From an uncultured bacterium (GTDB lineage Bacteria > UBA8481): DNA of 37,856 nt. Location of the stretch: the NCBI GenBank assembly GCA_964499705.1, contig CAZCME010000007.1, forward strand, positions 186,001 through 223,856. Reading direction: 5' to 3'. Made by a program: the position numbers and the translations under genes. The notes beneath the pieces are model-generated. The model did no database searches. It was not told the DNA's origin and saw only the letters and a list, made by a program, of their open reading frames with translations. Shown here piece by piece: positions 1-9,590 of the stretch (positions are counted from its first letter, which is position 1; every line of letters begins with the position of its first letter).

Positions 1-1381
1 CCGTTGTCGCATCCTTTCGAAAATTTGCGACCGCCAGGACGCTGTAGGGCAGAGCGAGGATGATGCAGATCGCCGCGAGCGAAACGGTCGCGGAAAAGCG
101 GACCGGTTTCAGCGCCATCATGAAAAGAACCGCCCACAAGGGACCGATCATCAGGAACTGACGCGACCAGAACGGCCCCAGGTCCGGCACACCCGTGATC
201 CGCCAGCCATAATAGAGGAGCGGCGCGAGCGAGTAGACCGCGATGCATCGCGCGGAGGAATTCCTTAGCAGCGCGAGGAGCGCGATGGATCCGCAGGCCG
301 CCAGCGGCCATCCGGTCGCGGCCGGAAAAACCTCGAACAGGACGCGGGAGACCGTCGCGATATTCACGTCCGGCCTGTACCACGCCATCGCATGTTTCGC
401 ATCGCTCATCACCGTCCGGTAATCGAGGATCCAGTAGGGATTGCAGAGAACAAACACGGCTCCGGCAACGACGCACGCGGCGATGCATTTTTTCCACGCC
501 ATGGTCCTGTCGCGCAGAATGAGCTCCAGAACGACCCAGCAAAAGCCGCCCATGAGGATCAGTTGCGTGGGGAAGATCGCGCCCGCAAGCCCCACGGCGG
601 CGCCGGCCGCCGCGTAATCGAACAGTCCCGCGCGCCGGATCAGTCGGCACCCAAGCCATGTCGCCATCACGGAAATCGAACCCGCCATCGATACCTGCTT
701 CAGAACGGGGCCGAAGACATACAAGCCCGGCGCCGAGAGAGCCAGCAGGACCGCGAGACAGGAGCGCTTCCGGGAGAGGCCTATCCGGGCCAGGCGATAC
801 ACGAAGACCGGCAGGAGCGCCGACCAGAAGAACGGCCAGATCTTCGCCGCGAGGTAGAAACTCGCCATGAGATCCGGATCCCGGATAAACGGATCGAGTC
901 CTCCGGAGAGCGGAACGAGCCCGAGAAGCCCCGCGATGCCCGCGAGGAGCCCGCATCCGTAGAAGAAAAATCCGCCGTACTGGAAAAAGTGCGGATTGAA
1001 ATCAAGCTGCTTCGGCTTCATTCTCCCCAGCGCCAGCGGCACATGCATCTCGTCGGGCTCCGTCGTGTACAACGCCATCCGCCGCAGCGCCCGGATCCTG
1101 TCGATCTCCCGCTGCGAAAGCCTGGTCGTGTCGTTCGACAATCCCGCGTTCAGGATTTCGCGCGACGACCCCTCGGATTCCTCCAGTTTTTTCCACGCGG
1201 TCGTCATCCATTCGATATCCGTGTCCGAAAAACGCGGCGCGCCATACACGGCCAGGATCCGTTCCGTCGAAGGAAGTCCGAAGGACGCGCATGAGAAGAG
1301 CACGGCGATGAAAGCCATGGAGAGCGCCGCGACGATCGCGGTCGAGACTCGGCGGGAGATATCCTGGCAGGAATCCGTCAT
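1..1381 (-). CDS. GT-C fold membrane glycosyltransferase (GT39/PMT/ArnT-like), runs off the left edge
   Basis: Not in the ORF track (no stop inside the window). Manual translation from ATG at 1381 is open for about 460 codons: N-terminal TM, then YTTEPDE...LDFNPHFFQYGG (PDE / NPHFFxY loop typical of bacterial GT39-like proteins), many TM helices and an NPYW motif. Confidence 0.8.
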   Translation of the reverse strand, partial: MTDSCQDISRRVSTAIVAALSMAFIAVLFSCASFGLPSTERILAVYGAPRFSDTDIEWMTTAWKKLEESEGSSREILNAGLSNDTTRLSQREIDRIRALRRMALYTTEPDEMHVPLALGRMKPKQLDFNPHFFQYGGFFFYGCGLLAGIAGLLGLVPLSGGLDPFIRDPDLMASFYLAAKIWPFFWSALLPVFVYRLARIGLSRKRSCLAVLLALSAPGLYVFGPVLKQVSMAGSISVMATWLGCRLIRRAGLFDYAAAGAAVGLAGAIFPTQLILMGGFCWVVLELILRDRTMAWKKCIAACVVAGAVFVLCNPYWILDYRTVMSDAKHAMAWYRPDVNIATVSRVLFEVFPAATGWPLAACGSIALLALLRNSSARCIAVYSLAPLLYYGWRITGVPDLGPFWSRQFLMIGPLWAVLFMMALKPVRFSATVSLAAICIILALPYSVLAVANFRKDATT

Positions 1382-1405
1382 GGGTGCGGACGGGATTCTA
1401 TCAGC

Positions 1406-2170
1406 TTATTTCCGGGCCGTAATCCAGAGCGATCCGGCGATGTTCCGGACGCCGGGAATCTTTTCCACCATGAGCCCGATATTCTCGGCGAGGCTGACGA
1501 GCTTGTCGGGAATGAGGGGATAGAGAAAATCGTAGAATTCGACAAGGACTGTCGAGAAGCCGGTTTTCCTGAAGATATTTTCCATCTGCCCTTTGAAAAA
1601 GGCGGTCTCATGCGGAGTGTCGCCGAACCGGGCCTTCAGAAACTTGCTCCGCTTGACGATCGCGTTCTGCGGATTCGCGAAATTCGGTTCCGAAAACGCC
1701 GCGCGGCCGCCGGGTTTCAGGATCCTGAAACCTTCCGCCAGGGCATTTTCCACCTCCAGATGATGCAAAATGGACGAGCCGCAGATGGCGTCGAAGACAC
1801 CTTCCCTGAAGGGAAGATGATGCGCATCGCATTCCACGATCCACGCGTTATCGAACGCGCCTTCCTGGCGGCCTTTCAACAGGAGATCATGCGAAATATC
1901 GACGGAGACCAGGCGGCGACCCGCCCGCTTATCCGCCGCCATGACGATTCTCCTCGTGAACTCGCCCGTGCCCGCTCCGAACTCCAGCACGCGCCCCAGG
2001 CCCTTGATTTCCTTCCTTAGCATCATGGCGCGCCGGGACTGCCGGCGCTGCCCCGTGACGGATTCCCAGCCCCAGATCTCCGAAGCCCTTTCCGCAATGC
2101 TCGCGCCATGTTCGCGTTCCGCCGCCAGCCTGCGGCTGAATCGGCCTGGACCGCTGTCGCTATCGCTCAT
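1406..2170 (-). CDS. Class I SAM-dependent methyltransferase
   Basis: VLEFGAGTG motif I, VDIS, DAHHLPF..FDAI, ILKPGG; overlaps the upstream GT2 fusion by 11 nt. Confidence 0.9.
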   Translation of the reverse strand: MSDSDSGPGRFSRRLAAEREHGASIAERASEIWGWESVTGQRRQSRRAMMLRKEIKGLGRVLEFGAGTGEFTRRIVMAADKRAGRRLVSVDISHDLLLKGRQEGAFDNAWIVECDAHHLPFREGVFDAICGSSILHHLEVENALAEGFRILKPGGRAAFSEPNFANPQNAIVKRSKFLKARFGDTPHETAFFKGQMENIFRKTGFSTVLVEFYDFLYPLIPDKLVSLAENIGLMVEKIPGVRNIAGSLWITARK

Positions 2171-3671
2171 GGTGGTTTCGATCCTGCGCGCCGGGCGCGG
2201 GTATCCTGAATTTCACGCGCTGCAACGCGACGAGGCACATCTTCAGGAGCAGAAACCCGTGCCGGAAACGCGATATTTTCGTATCCCCGTAAGTTCTGTC
2301 CCGATACCGGATCGGCATCTCGATGATCCGCAGGTTCTGCCTAGCGGCTCCGAAGATGAGATCGAAATCGCCGAACGGATCGAACTCGCCGAAGTAGTGG
2401 CGATTCGCCGCGATCTTGTCGTAATCGCTGCGGCGGAGCACCTTTGTGCCGCAGAGCGTATCCTTCAGGCGCTGGCCCAGGAGAAAGGAAAAAACGAGCG
2501 CGAAGAAGTGATTCGCAATGACGTTCAAAGGGCGCATGGCCTTGCCTTCCATCGGATAAACAAGCCGCGAACCGTTGATGAATTCGCCTCGCCCTTCCTC
2601 GATCGCGTGGTAGAACTTCGGCAGATCCTCCGGCGGCACGGTGAGATCCCCGTCGAGAATCATGAAGACCTCCCCGTTCGCCGCCGCGTATCCCTTGCGC
2701 ATCGCGTCGCCTTTCCCCTTGCCGGAGCCCTGGTCCACGAGCCGGATCTCGTGGCGGCCGGCATACTTGTCGATCATCTCCAGGATCTTCTCGCGCGTGC
2801 CGTCGTCGGAATTGCCATCGACGAAAATAAGCTCCGTATGCTTCCCCATCCTCGGCAGGCGCGTCACGGCGTCCTCGATGTTTCCGGCCTCGTTCCGTAC
2901 GGGACAGATCACCGATACCGTGTATTCCCGTTCCGGTCGTAAGCCGCCCGGCATCGGCCGGGCGACGGTGTAATTGATGAGCCCCAGCCGGTGCACGAGG
3001 GGAAACGGACCGATGTAACGGTTGATGAAGTTGGAGAGAAGCGGAATCTCCACGGGCAGAATCGTCGTGAATCCCATGCGGATGGATTCGTAACCGTTCA
3101 GGTACAGGAGATTGGTGATGTCATCGAAATTGAGCCAGTTGAGATTCGGCTGCGGCATCCGTTTCCCTATCGTCTCTCCAAGTTTCAGGATGGGCGCCCA
3201 GAGGTAATTGTAGTTCAGGATGATGATGCGTGTGTCCTGCGTGCAATTCTTCCTGATGTTCCGGAAGGCTCTCCAGATATCCTCGATATCCCCGATCGAA
3301 TTGGCGAAGAGGACGACATCGAACTCGCCCTCGACCCTGGCCGTCTGAATATCCATCGCATGAAACTCGAGATGAGGGAACCTGAGCCTGGCTGCATCGA
3401 CAATCGCCGGAGAGAGATCGATCCCCACGCCACGCGACGGCGCAAGATCGTTCAGGAGAAATCCCAGGCCGCATCCGATATCGAGAATTCTTTTTCCCGG
3501 CGCGATGAGGTCGCGCGCCAGCGAGGAAAGCTGGCCGTAGTAATAGGCGTTCTTCCTCCGGAATTCCTCCAGGTTGTCGACGCTATCGTCATAGAACTCG
3601 CGAACACGGTCGGTCTTGGTGAGCGCGAAGGGCGGCATGCCGCCGGGTAGTTCGCTGGAGGTCGATGTCAT
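2160..3671 (-). CDS. Bifunctional SAM methyltransferase / GT2 (DPM1-like polyprenol-phosphate glycosyltransferase)
   Basis: N-half has [10 protein letters not shown]-half has [40 protein letters not shown]. Start moved to ATG 3671, an ATGA overlap with the fcl stop; the track's first 164 aa lie in an alternative frame of fcl. Confidence 0.9.
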   Translation of the reverse strand: MTSTSSELPGGMPPFALTKTDRVREFYDDSVDNLEEFRRKNAYYYGQLSSLARDLIAPGKRILDIGCGLGFLLNDLAPSRGVGIDLSPAIVDAARLRFPHLEFHAMDIQTARVEGEFDVVLFANSIGDIEDIWRAFRNIRKNCTQDTRIIILNYNYLWAPILKLGETIGKRMPQPNLNWLNFDDITNLLYLNGYESIRMGFTTILPVEIPLLSNFINRYIGPFPLVHRLGLINYTVARPMPGGLRPEREYTVSVICPVRNEAGNIEDAVTRLPRMGKHTELIFVDGNSDDGTREKILEMIDKYAGRHEIRLVDQGSGKGKGDAMRKGYAAANGEVFMILDGDLTVPPEDLPKFYHAIEEGRGEFINGSRLVYPMEGKAMRPLNVIANHFFALVFSFLLGQRLKDTLCGTKVLRRSDYDKIAANRHYFGEFDPFGDFDLIFGAARQNLRIIEMPIRYRDRTYGDTKISRFRHGFLLLKMCLVALQRVKFRIPAPGAQDRNHHER

Positions 3672-4609
3672 TTGTTCCGGTTCTCCTCGTACCACTGGAT
3701 CGTTTCCCTCAATCCCTCTTCGAACGGGATCCTCGCGCGCCAGTTGAAATAATCCGCGGCCCGCGTCGTATCGAGGCAGCGGCGCGGCTGCCCGTCCGGC
3801 TTCGACGGATCCCACTCGATCCGCCCGCGGAAATCCGTCATCTTCTTGATGAGATGCGTCAGGTCGCGAATGGAGATTTCCTCGCCCGACCCGAGATTGA
3901 CGGGCTCCGAACCGTCGTAGCGCAACAGCGCCGCGACGATGCCGGCCGCGCAATCGCGGACATGGAGAAATTCGCGCGTCGCCGATCCCGTGCCCCAGGC
4001 GACGATCTTTTCCTCGCGCCTCTCCCGGGCCTCGACGTATTTGCGTATCAGGGCCGGGATCACGTGCGATGTCTCCAGGTCGAAATTGTCCCGGGGACCG
4101 TAGAGATTGACAGGCAGGAGAAAGATCGCGTTCATGCCGTACTGCTGCCTGTAACCCTGGCACTGCACCAGCATGGCTTTCTTCGCGATGCCGTACGGAG
4201 CGTTCGTCACTTCCGGGTACCCGTTCCAGAGCTCTTCCTCCCGGAAGGGCACCGGCGTCATGTTCGGATAGGCGCAGATCGTGCCGGCCACCAAGAGTTT
4301 CTCCACTCCTGCCTGCCGCGATTCCTCGATGACGTGAATCCCCATCGCCATGTTGTCGTAGAAGAACTTCCCCGGGTTCGATCGGTTGGCGCCGATTCCT
4401 CCGACCACCGCCGCCAGGTGGACGACGATGTCGGGCTTCACATCCTGCATCAGTTTCCTGCAGACTTCCTCCTTGCGGAGATCGTACTGCGACGACCGGG
4501 GTATGAAGATGTCGGCCGGTTCATGCTCCCGCAATTGCTCGGTGACAAACGAACCGAGAAATCCGCCGCCGCCCGTCAGGATGATCTTCTTGCCCTTCAG
4601 GTCAGTCAT
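3668..4609 (-). CDS. fcl: GDP-L-fucose synthase
   Basis: [25 protein letters not shown] (YxxxK), [45 protein letters not shown]; start set at MTDLKGKK. Confidence 0.95.
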   Translation of the reverse strand: MTDLKGKKIILTGGGGFLGSFVTEQLREHEPADIFIPRSSQYDLRKEEVCRKLMQDVKPDIVVHLAAVVGGIGANRSNPGKFFYDNMAMGIHVIEESRQAGVEKLLVAGTICAYPNMTPVPFREEELWNGYPEVTNAPYGIAKKAMLVQCQGYRQQYGMNAIFLLPVNLYGPRDNFDLETSHVIPALIRKYVEARERREEKIVAWGTGSATREFLHVRDCAAGIVAALLRYDGSEPVNLGSGEEISIRDLTHLIKKMTDFRGRIEWDPSKPDGQPRRCLDTTRAADYFNWRARIPFEEGLRETIQWYEENRNK

Positions 4610-4636
4610 GATTCCATCACAATGGTGAACGGCATG

Positions 4637-4709
4637 AACCACGCAGACACAAAGACACGAAGTAAGTTCATTTTAATGACTCTCTTCGTGTCTTTGCGTC
4701 TTCGTGGTT
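4637..4709. repeat. Intergenic inverted repeat built from 8-nt units (REP/MITE-like)
   Basis: AACCACGCAGACACAAAGACACGAAG (4637-4662) and CTTCGTGTCTTTGCGTCTTCGTGGTT (4684-4709) are complementary at 24/26 positions around a 21-nt AT-rich loop. Confidence 0.85.
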
Positions 4710-4722
4710 GAATCAACATTCA

Positions 4723-7700
4723 TCAGAACGCCTGCCCGATGGAAAAATGCAGCTGGCCGCGATTCTGGTTCGGGAAGTCGAGGCCGACGCCGTAGTCGAG
4801 GCGAATGGGGCCGAGCGGCGAATTGAACCGGACGCCCGCGCCGACGCCGGAGACGAGATCCTTGATCCCGATCTCGTACTCGCCGTCGTACACGCCGCCG
4901 ATGTCGTAGAAGAACGCCATGGAGACCGACTTGTCCTCCGTGAACGGTATGCGATATTCCACGTTCCCCAGGGCGTAGGACCGTCCCGGGCCCGAGAGCG
5001 TGTAGTTGGCGTTATACACCTGGATGCTCCGCTCGCGGTAGCCCCGCACGGAGGACGCGCCGCCCAGGTAGAATTTCTCGGTGGTCGGCACCGGATTGCT
5101 CCGCTCGAACCAGTTGGAGATCGTTCCATACTGTCCACGCACCGCCAGCACGTGGCTCCCGAACGTCTTCGTGAACTTGCTCCACGATATCGTCGGGCGG
5201 TTGAAGGCGACATTGCCTCCGAAGAAGCGCCCGGCGAGCTGGTTGGAGATTTCGAAGATCGATCCGGTCATGGGGTAATGAACGTCGTCGCGCGAATCGC
5301 GCGTGTACGTCGTCGTCAGGGAGGTCGTCGTCCGCACGAAACGGTTCTGGCTCGGGAACCCGACTTCCGCCTGGATGTCCGTCGGCGCGATGCCCGTTAC
5401 GCGCAGAAGCTCGACCTGCTCCACGCCGTACTTATAGCCCATCCGGCCGAATTCGCCGTATTTGTGCGAGAGCCGGATCGCTCCGCCACGCCGGCGCCAG
5501 TCGAATCCTTCCCGCTCCTGGAACGTGTTGAAGAAATCGAAGCCCAGCGAGATCGGGCGGTTCCGGAAGTACGGCTCCGTCCATGATGCGGAGAAGGAAT
5601 TCTTCTTCCCGCCATATTCCGCGGATACGGAAATCTCCTGTCCCGCGCCCGTGAACGTGAAGAAATCGAACGGGTCGAAATTCTTCTTCGTCACCGAAAG
5701 AAATCCGACGAGCCCGTCCACGCTGGAATAACCGCCTCCGAACTGGAGCTGCCCGGTCTTGCCTTCCGCGACCTTCACCTGCAGCACCCGCTGGTCCGGA
5801 TTCGTGCCGGGCTTCAGATCCATCCGCACCGATTGCGGCTCGAAGAATCCAAGAAGTTCCAGCTTCTTCCGGGCTTTTTCGATCTCGTCGCCGTCGAGCC
5901 GGTCACCCGGCCGGAGATTGATCTCCCGCATCACGATCTTGTCGCGCGTCTTGGAATTGCCCTCCACGACGATCTCCTGGAGATAAAGCACCTGGCCCTC
6001 GATCACCTTGATCGTGAAGTCGACGACGCCGCGGGCGGGATCGAGTCTCTCCTGCGGAACGACGCGCACCTCCGCGTAGCCGTGCTTCGCCGTGGCCAGG
6101 CGCATCTTCTCCACGGACTGGAAGAATTTTTGCGCGCGAAAGACGCTGCCGGGCAGGGGGCGAAGCATCTCCATCATCGCCGGAGTCGAAACCGCGGTGT
6201 TGCCCTCGAACTTGACCTCGCCGATCTTGTACTGCGGACCCTCGTTGATCGTGATATCGACGATCATCTTGCCCTTGGCGTCATAATGGACGACCGGATC
6301 CTCCATGACGGCGGATAGAAATCCCTTCTCTACGTACTTGCCCACGATCTTCTGGCGGTCTTCCTCGAATTCAGCCTGCTTGAAGACCTTGCCCGCGCCG
6401 GTCTTCATGTGCCAGTTGAGGCTCCAGTCGGAATAATACTTGTTGCCGTTCAGGTTGAAGGTGTGGATCTTGACCTTGTCCTTCTCCGCGATGCGATACG
6501 TCACGGCGATGGTCTGCGGCTTTCCGGCGCCTTCCTTGCCGGGGTCCACAACGGAGGTCTCGATGGTGACGACGGCGTTCAGATAGCCTTCGTTCTCGAG
6601 ATACTCGGTAATGGCCGAGCGCGATCGTTCGAGCACGGATTGCGAATACGGCGAACCTTCCGACAGCGTCACGACGCCGCGCACATCCGCTTCCTTCACC
6701 TTTTTCAATCCCGCGAGCTTAACGGAGGCCACCTTGCTGCGCTCGGTTACTTTCAAGACAACGTTGCCCTCCGCATCGCTGGCCCCTTCCTCCATGAACG
6801 CGGTCACATCTTCGAAGCGGCCCGTGGCATACAGGCGATGAATCTCGTCGCGGAAATGCCGGCCGATCTCCGGAAGAAGATAGGTCTCCCCGGCGCGCAT
6901 CTTCGAGCCCGCCAGGAGCTGTGACGAATCGTCGACTCCTTCGAATCGGATCGAGTTGACCCGGAAGGTCGGTATCGTCTGCCGGACGATCAGCTCGAAC
7001 TTGGACGGCGAACCTTCCATGTCGCCGCTCTCGACGAGCACGATGTAGCTGCCTCCCTGGTGACCCGCCTGGAAGCGGACACCCGCGAGGCCCGACGCGT
7101 CCGTGCGGACTTCCTCCAGCGAAAGATTCTGCCCGACCGCGCCTTCAGGTTCCGAGACGATGCGGTAGTTGATGGTCACATTCTCGACGGGATTGCCGTA
7201 GAGATCGGCGATGCGGGTGACAAGCGGCGAAATCGCGCGCTGATTCACTTTCAGAACCTGGTTGTTGCCGCTCACGATTTCCAGCCGCGCGGCCGGACCG
7301 GGCACCGTGGATATTTCGTAGGCGGCCGGTTCGCGGGAAAGGTCCGGCACCGAAGCGAGTATCGTGTACGAGCCGACGACGGTGCCGGCTCGCAATCTCG
7401 CGGAGGACATCCCGTCGCTGTCCGTCTTCGTTTCGCGCTGATCCATGCGCCCGCCGTCAGCCGGTGACGGCCGCGAAACGACATCGAACACCACGGAGAC
7501 GCCGGCAAGGGGCTTGCCCGTCTTGTCGGTGACTTTGACCTGGAGCGGGTCCGTCAGTCGACCTACGCGGATTTTCTGACCCGAACCGGACAGGACCGTC
7601 ATCCGGATTTCCGCCTGGTCGCGCTTGGTGATCGCCCCGCGAAATCGTTCCCATGCGGCCGCCGCCTTGTCCGCCTGCCCCGCCGTCTCCCACGCCGTCG

Positions 7701-7917
7701 CCGCCTTCTCCCACGAAACCGCCGCCTCGCCCCAGGCTTCCGAAGCGCGGATTTTTTCTCCGAGATCTTCCCAGATGCGCGCCGCTTCCTCCCGGGCCGT
7801 CGCCGCTTCCTCGAACAATTTCGCCGTGGATGCGGGATCCGTCTGGGCGGAGACGATCGCGGGGATGAAAAGCAGGAGCGCGAACCAGAATTTTATGGCG
7901 TTATGAGCGGGAATCAT
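4723..7917 (-). CDS. bamA: Outer membrane protein assembly factor BamA with N-terminal helical and two Ig-like domains
   Basis: Signal peptide; five POTRA-like repeats from about aa 318; barrel with TGQLQFGGGYSS, GAGQ, FYLGGASSVRGY, SPLGPIRLDYG and C-terminal FSIGQAF. Confidence 0.95.
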   Translation of the reverse strand: MIPAHNAIKFWFALLLFIPAIVSAQTDPASTAKLFEEAATAREEAARIWEDLGEKIRASEAWGEAAVSWEKAATAWETAGQADKAAAAWERFRGAITKRDQAEIRMTVLSGSGQKIRVGRLTDPLQVKVTDKTGKPLAGVSVVFDVVSRPSPADGGRMDQRETKTDSDGMSSARLRAGTVVGSYTILASVPDLSREPAAYEISTVPGPAARLEIVSGNNQVLKVNQRAISPLVTRIADLYGNPVENVTINYRIVSEPEGAVGQNLSLEEVRTDASGLAGVRFQAGHQGGSYIVLVESGDMEGSPSKFELIVRQTIPTFRVNSIRFEGVDDSSQLLAGSKMRAGETYLLPEIGRHFRDEIHRLYATGRFEDVTAFMEEGASDAEGNVVLKVTERSKVASVKLAGLKKVKEADVRGVVTLSEGSPYSQSVLERSRSAITEYLENEGYLNAVVTIETSVVDPGKEGAGKPQTIAVTYRIAEKDKVKIHTFNLNGNKYYSDWSLNWHMKTGAGKVFKQAEFEEDRQKIVGKYVEKGFLSAVMEDPVVHYDAKGKMIVDITINEGPQYKIGEVKFEGNTAVSTPAMMEMLRPLPGSVFRAQKFFQSVEKMRLATAKHGYAEVRVVPQERLDPARGVVDFTIKVIEGQVLYLQEIVVEGNSKTRDKIVMREINLRPGDRLDGDEIEKARKKLELLGFFEPQSVRMDLKPGTNPDQRVLQVKVAEGKTGQLQFGGGYSSVDGLVGFLSVTKKNFDPFDFFTFTGAGQEISVSAEYGGKKNSFSASWTEPYFRNRPISLGFDFFNTFQEREGFDWRRRGGAIRLSHKYGEFGRMGYKYGVEQVELLRVTGIAPTDIQAEVGFPSQNRFVRTTTSLTTTYTRDSRDDVHYPMTGSIFEISNQLAGRFFGGNVAFNRPTISWSKFTKTFGSHVLAVRGQYGTISNWFERSNPVPTTEKFYLGGASSVRGYRERSIQVYNANYTLSGPGRSYALGNVEYRIPFTEDKSVSMAFFYDIGGVYDGEYEIGIKDLVSGVGAGVRFNSPLGPIRLDYGVGLDFPNQNRGQLHFSIGQAF

Positions 7918-7925
7918 GGCACGAC

Positions 7926-7954
7926 AGGGTACTCAGAACCCGGTGGGGATTCAA
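7926..7954 (-). promoter_or_regulatory. sigma70-type promoter for bamA (leaderless-type)
   Basis: TTGAAT-17 nt-TACCCT, ending 8 nt before the bamA ATG; no SD sequence. Confidence 0.5.
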
Positions 7955-7995
7955 GCCGTAATTGGGGAGATACCGTTGCAATACATCCATGATTT

Positions 7996-8907
7996 TTATG
8001 GATTTGCGTGAGGGCGATGCGGCAGAGGAGTGACCCCTTCCAATATCCTGCGTGTCGCGGGCGATTTGTTCAGCGTGTAGAAGTGAATGCCGGGTGCCCC
8101 GCCGACGAGTAGTTCCTTCACCTGCCGGATGGCCCAGGCGATGCCGATCTCCACGACTTCCTCGTCGGAGGATGCGGTCTCGACGGCCGTGCGGAGAGCG
8201 TCGGGTATTTTCGCTCCGCACATCAGGATGAACTTGCCGATCTGCTCCTTCGATGTGATCGGCATGATCCCCGGAATGACATCGCAGTTCCAATCCGGAT
8301 GCGCCTTCAGCCGACGCACAAAATCAAAGTAAGACGCGTTCTCGAAGAAAAGTTGCGTGATGACGAAATCCGCGCCCTTCTCCGCCTTCTCGCGAAGTCT
8401 CGCCATGTCCGTTTCCAGGTCCGGAGCTTCGGGATGCTTTTCCGGATAACCGGCGACGCCGATGGATACGGGGTCCTGGCGCCGGCGGATGAATTCGACG
8501 AGTTCGCCGGCGTGGCCGAATCCGTCCGCCGGCTTGACGAAGGAGGTCGAACCCCGGGGCGGATCTCCCCGCAAGGCGAGCACATTCTCGATGCCGGTTT
8601 CGACAAGCTCATCCAGAACGCCCGCGATCTCGTAACGCGATGCGCCCACGCACGTCAGGTGCGCCATCGTCTCGATGCCGTGATCGCGCTTGATCGTCTC
8701 CACCCATTCGAGCGTCTTCGAGCGTGTGGAGCCGCCGGCGCCATACGTGACCGAGATGAAATCGGGATGGAGCGAACGGAGATCCTTGACGGTCTGGAAG
8801 AGAGATTCCTCCCCCTTGGGTGTCTTGGGGGGAAAGAACTCAAAGGAGAATATGGGCTCGCGCGGATTCTTCGCGCGCTTGGCGGCCAGGATGGCGGAGA
8901 TCTTCAA
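7996..8907 (-). CDS. metF: 5,10-methylenetetrahydrofolate reductase
   Basis: SFEFFPPK, SVTYGAGGSTR, AHLTCV, LALRGDPP, YPEKHPE, ITQLFF, GIHFYTLN; TTG start. Confidence 0.97.
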   Translation of the reverse strand: MKISAILAAKRAKNPREPIFSFEFFPPKTPKGEESLFQTVKDLRSLHPDFISVTYGAGGSTRSKTLEWVETIKRDHGIETMAHLTCVGASRYEIAGVLDELVETGIENVLALRGDPPRGSTSFVKPADGFGHAGELVEFIRRRQDPVSIGVAGYPEKHPEAPDLETDMARLREKAEKGADFVITQLFFENASYFDFVRRLKAHPDWNCDVIPGIMPITSKEQIGKFILMCGAKIPDALRTAVETASSDEEVVEIGIAWAIRQVKELLVGGAPGIHFYTLNKSPATRRILEGVTPLPHRPHANP

Positions 8908-8916
8908 TTCAGGAAC

Positions 8917-9528
8917 TCAGCGCGGCACGGAACCGGCGCGGCCGATATGGTTCATGAACTCCATCCGGAACCGGCCGCCTTCCGCGGAATCCTCGAAGAG
9001 CCCGCGCATCGTGGAAGTGACGGTCAGGGAACCGGGCTTCTCGACACCGCGCATCTCCATGCAGAGATGCCGCGCTTCCAGGACCACCATCACGCCGCGC
9101 GGCTCCAGCTTGCGATTCAGGAAGTCTGCTACCTGCTCCGTCAATCTCTCCTGCACCTGCGGCCGACGGGCGAAGAATTCCAGCGTGCGCGCCAGCTTGG
9201 AGAGACCGGCGATCCGCGCGGCGGGGAGATAGGCCATATGCCCGACGCCGAAGAAGGGAATGATGTGATGCGCGCAGACGGAATAGAAGGGCACATCGCG
9301 CACGATGACCATCGACGTGTATTTCTTGTCGTTCGGAAAGACCGTGATCTTCGGCTCCTGCCCCGTGTAATGCCCCGCGAAAATCTCCTTGTACATCCGG
9401 GCCACGCGCCCCGGAGTGCGGACCAGGTCGGGTTGCGAAAGATCCAGGCCGAGCAGATCGAATAGCCTCGCGAGCTGGCGCTCGATCTCGGGCCAGTCCC
9501 TCGCCTTCCGCTTCAAGCGTTTCGCCAT
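8917..9528 (-). CDS. folE: GTP cyclohydrolase I
   Basis: TPGRVARMY, SVCAHHIIPFFG, GLSKLAR, RRPQVQERLT, HLCMEMRGV. Confidence 0.97.
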   Translation of the reverse strand: MAKRLKRKARDWPEIERQLARLFDLLGLDLSQPDLVRTPGRVARMYKEIFAGHYTGQEPKITVFPNDKKYTSMVIVRDVPFYSVCAHHIIPFFGVGHMAYLPAARIAGLSKLARTLEFFARRPQVQERLTEQVADFLNRKLEPRGVMVVLEARHLCMEMRGVEKPGSLTVTSTMRGLFEDSAEGGRFRMEFMNHIGRAGSVPR

Positions 9529-9534
9529 GCGGGC

Positions 9535-9584
9535 ACTATATCACGCGACGCGGAATTGACACAAACTGACTTCGCGCCGATGAT
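9535..9584. promoter_or_regulatory. Divergent promoters for folE (-) and the STT3-like gene (+)
   Basis: Minus strand: extended -10 TGATATAGT (9543-9535), 6 nt before the folE ATG. Plus strand: TTGACA (9556-9561)-17 nt-GATGAT (9579-9584), 6 nt before ATG 9591. Confidence 0.55.
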
Positions 9585-9590
9585 CGATTC

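Noticed and set aside
392-1294. 300-aa plus-strand ORF and similar long shadow ORFs (e.g. 1941-2942, 3665-4711, 8299-9465, 19965-21008, 24006-25127, 27061-28119)
   Set aside because: They are antisense or alternate frames of genes with clear family motifs, with Arg/Pro-rich composition typical of GC-rich shadow frames.
3672-4163. 164-aa N-terminal extension of the MTase-GT2 ORF
   Set aside because: Entirely overlaps fcl in another frame; the ATGA-coupled start at 3671 is more plausible.
7996-9528. folE-metF as a dedicated methyl-supply unit for the neighbouring methyltransferases
   Set aside because: Ordinary housekeeping genes; bamA has its own promoter-like signal in between, and proximity alone gives no support.
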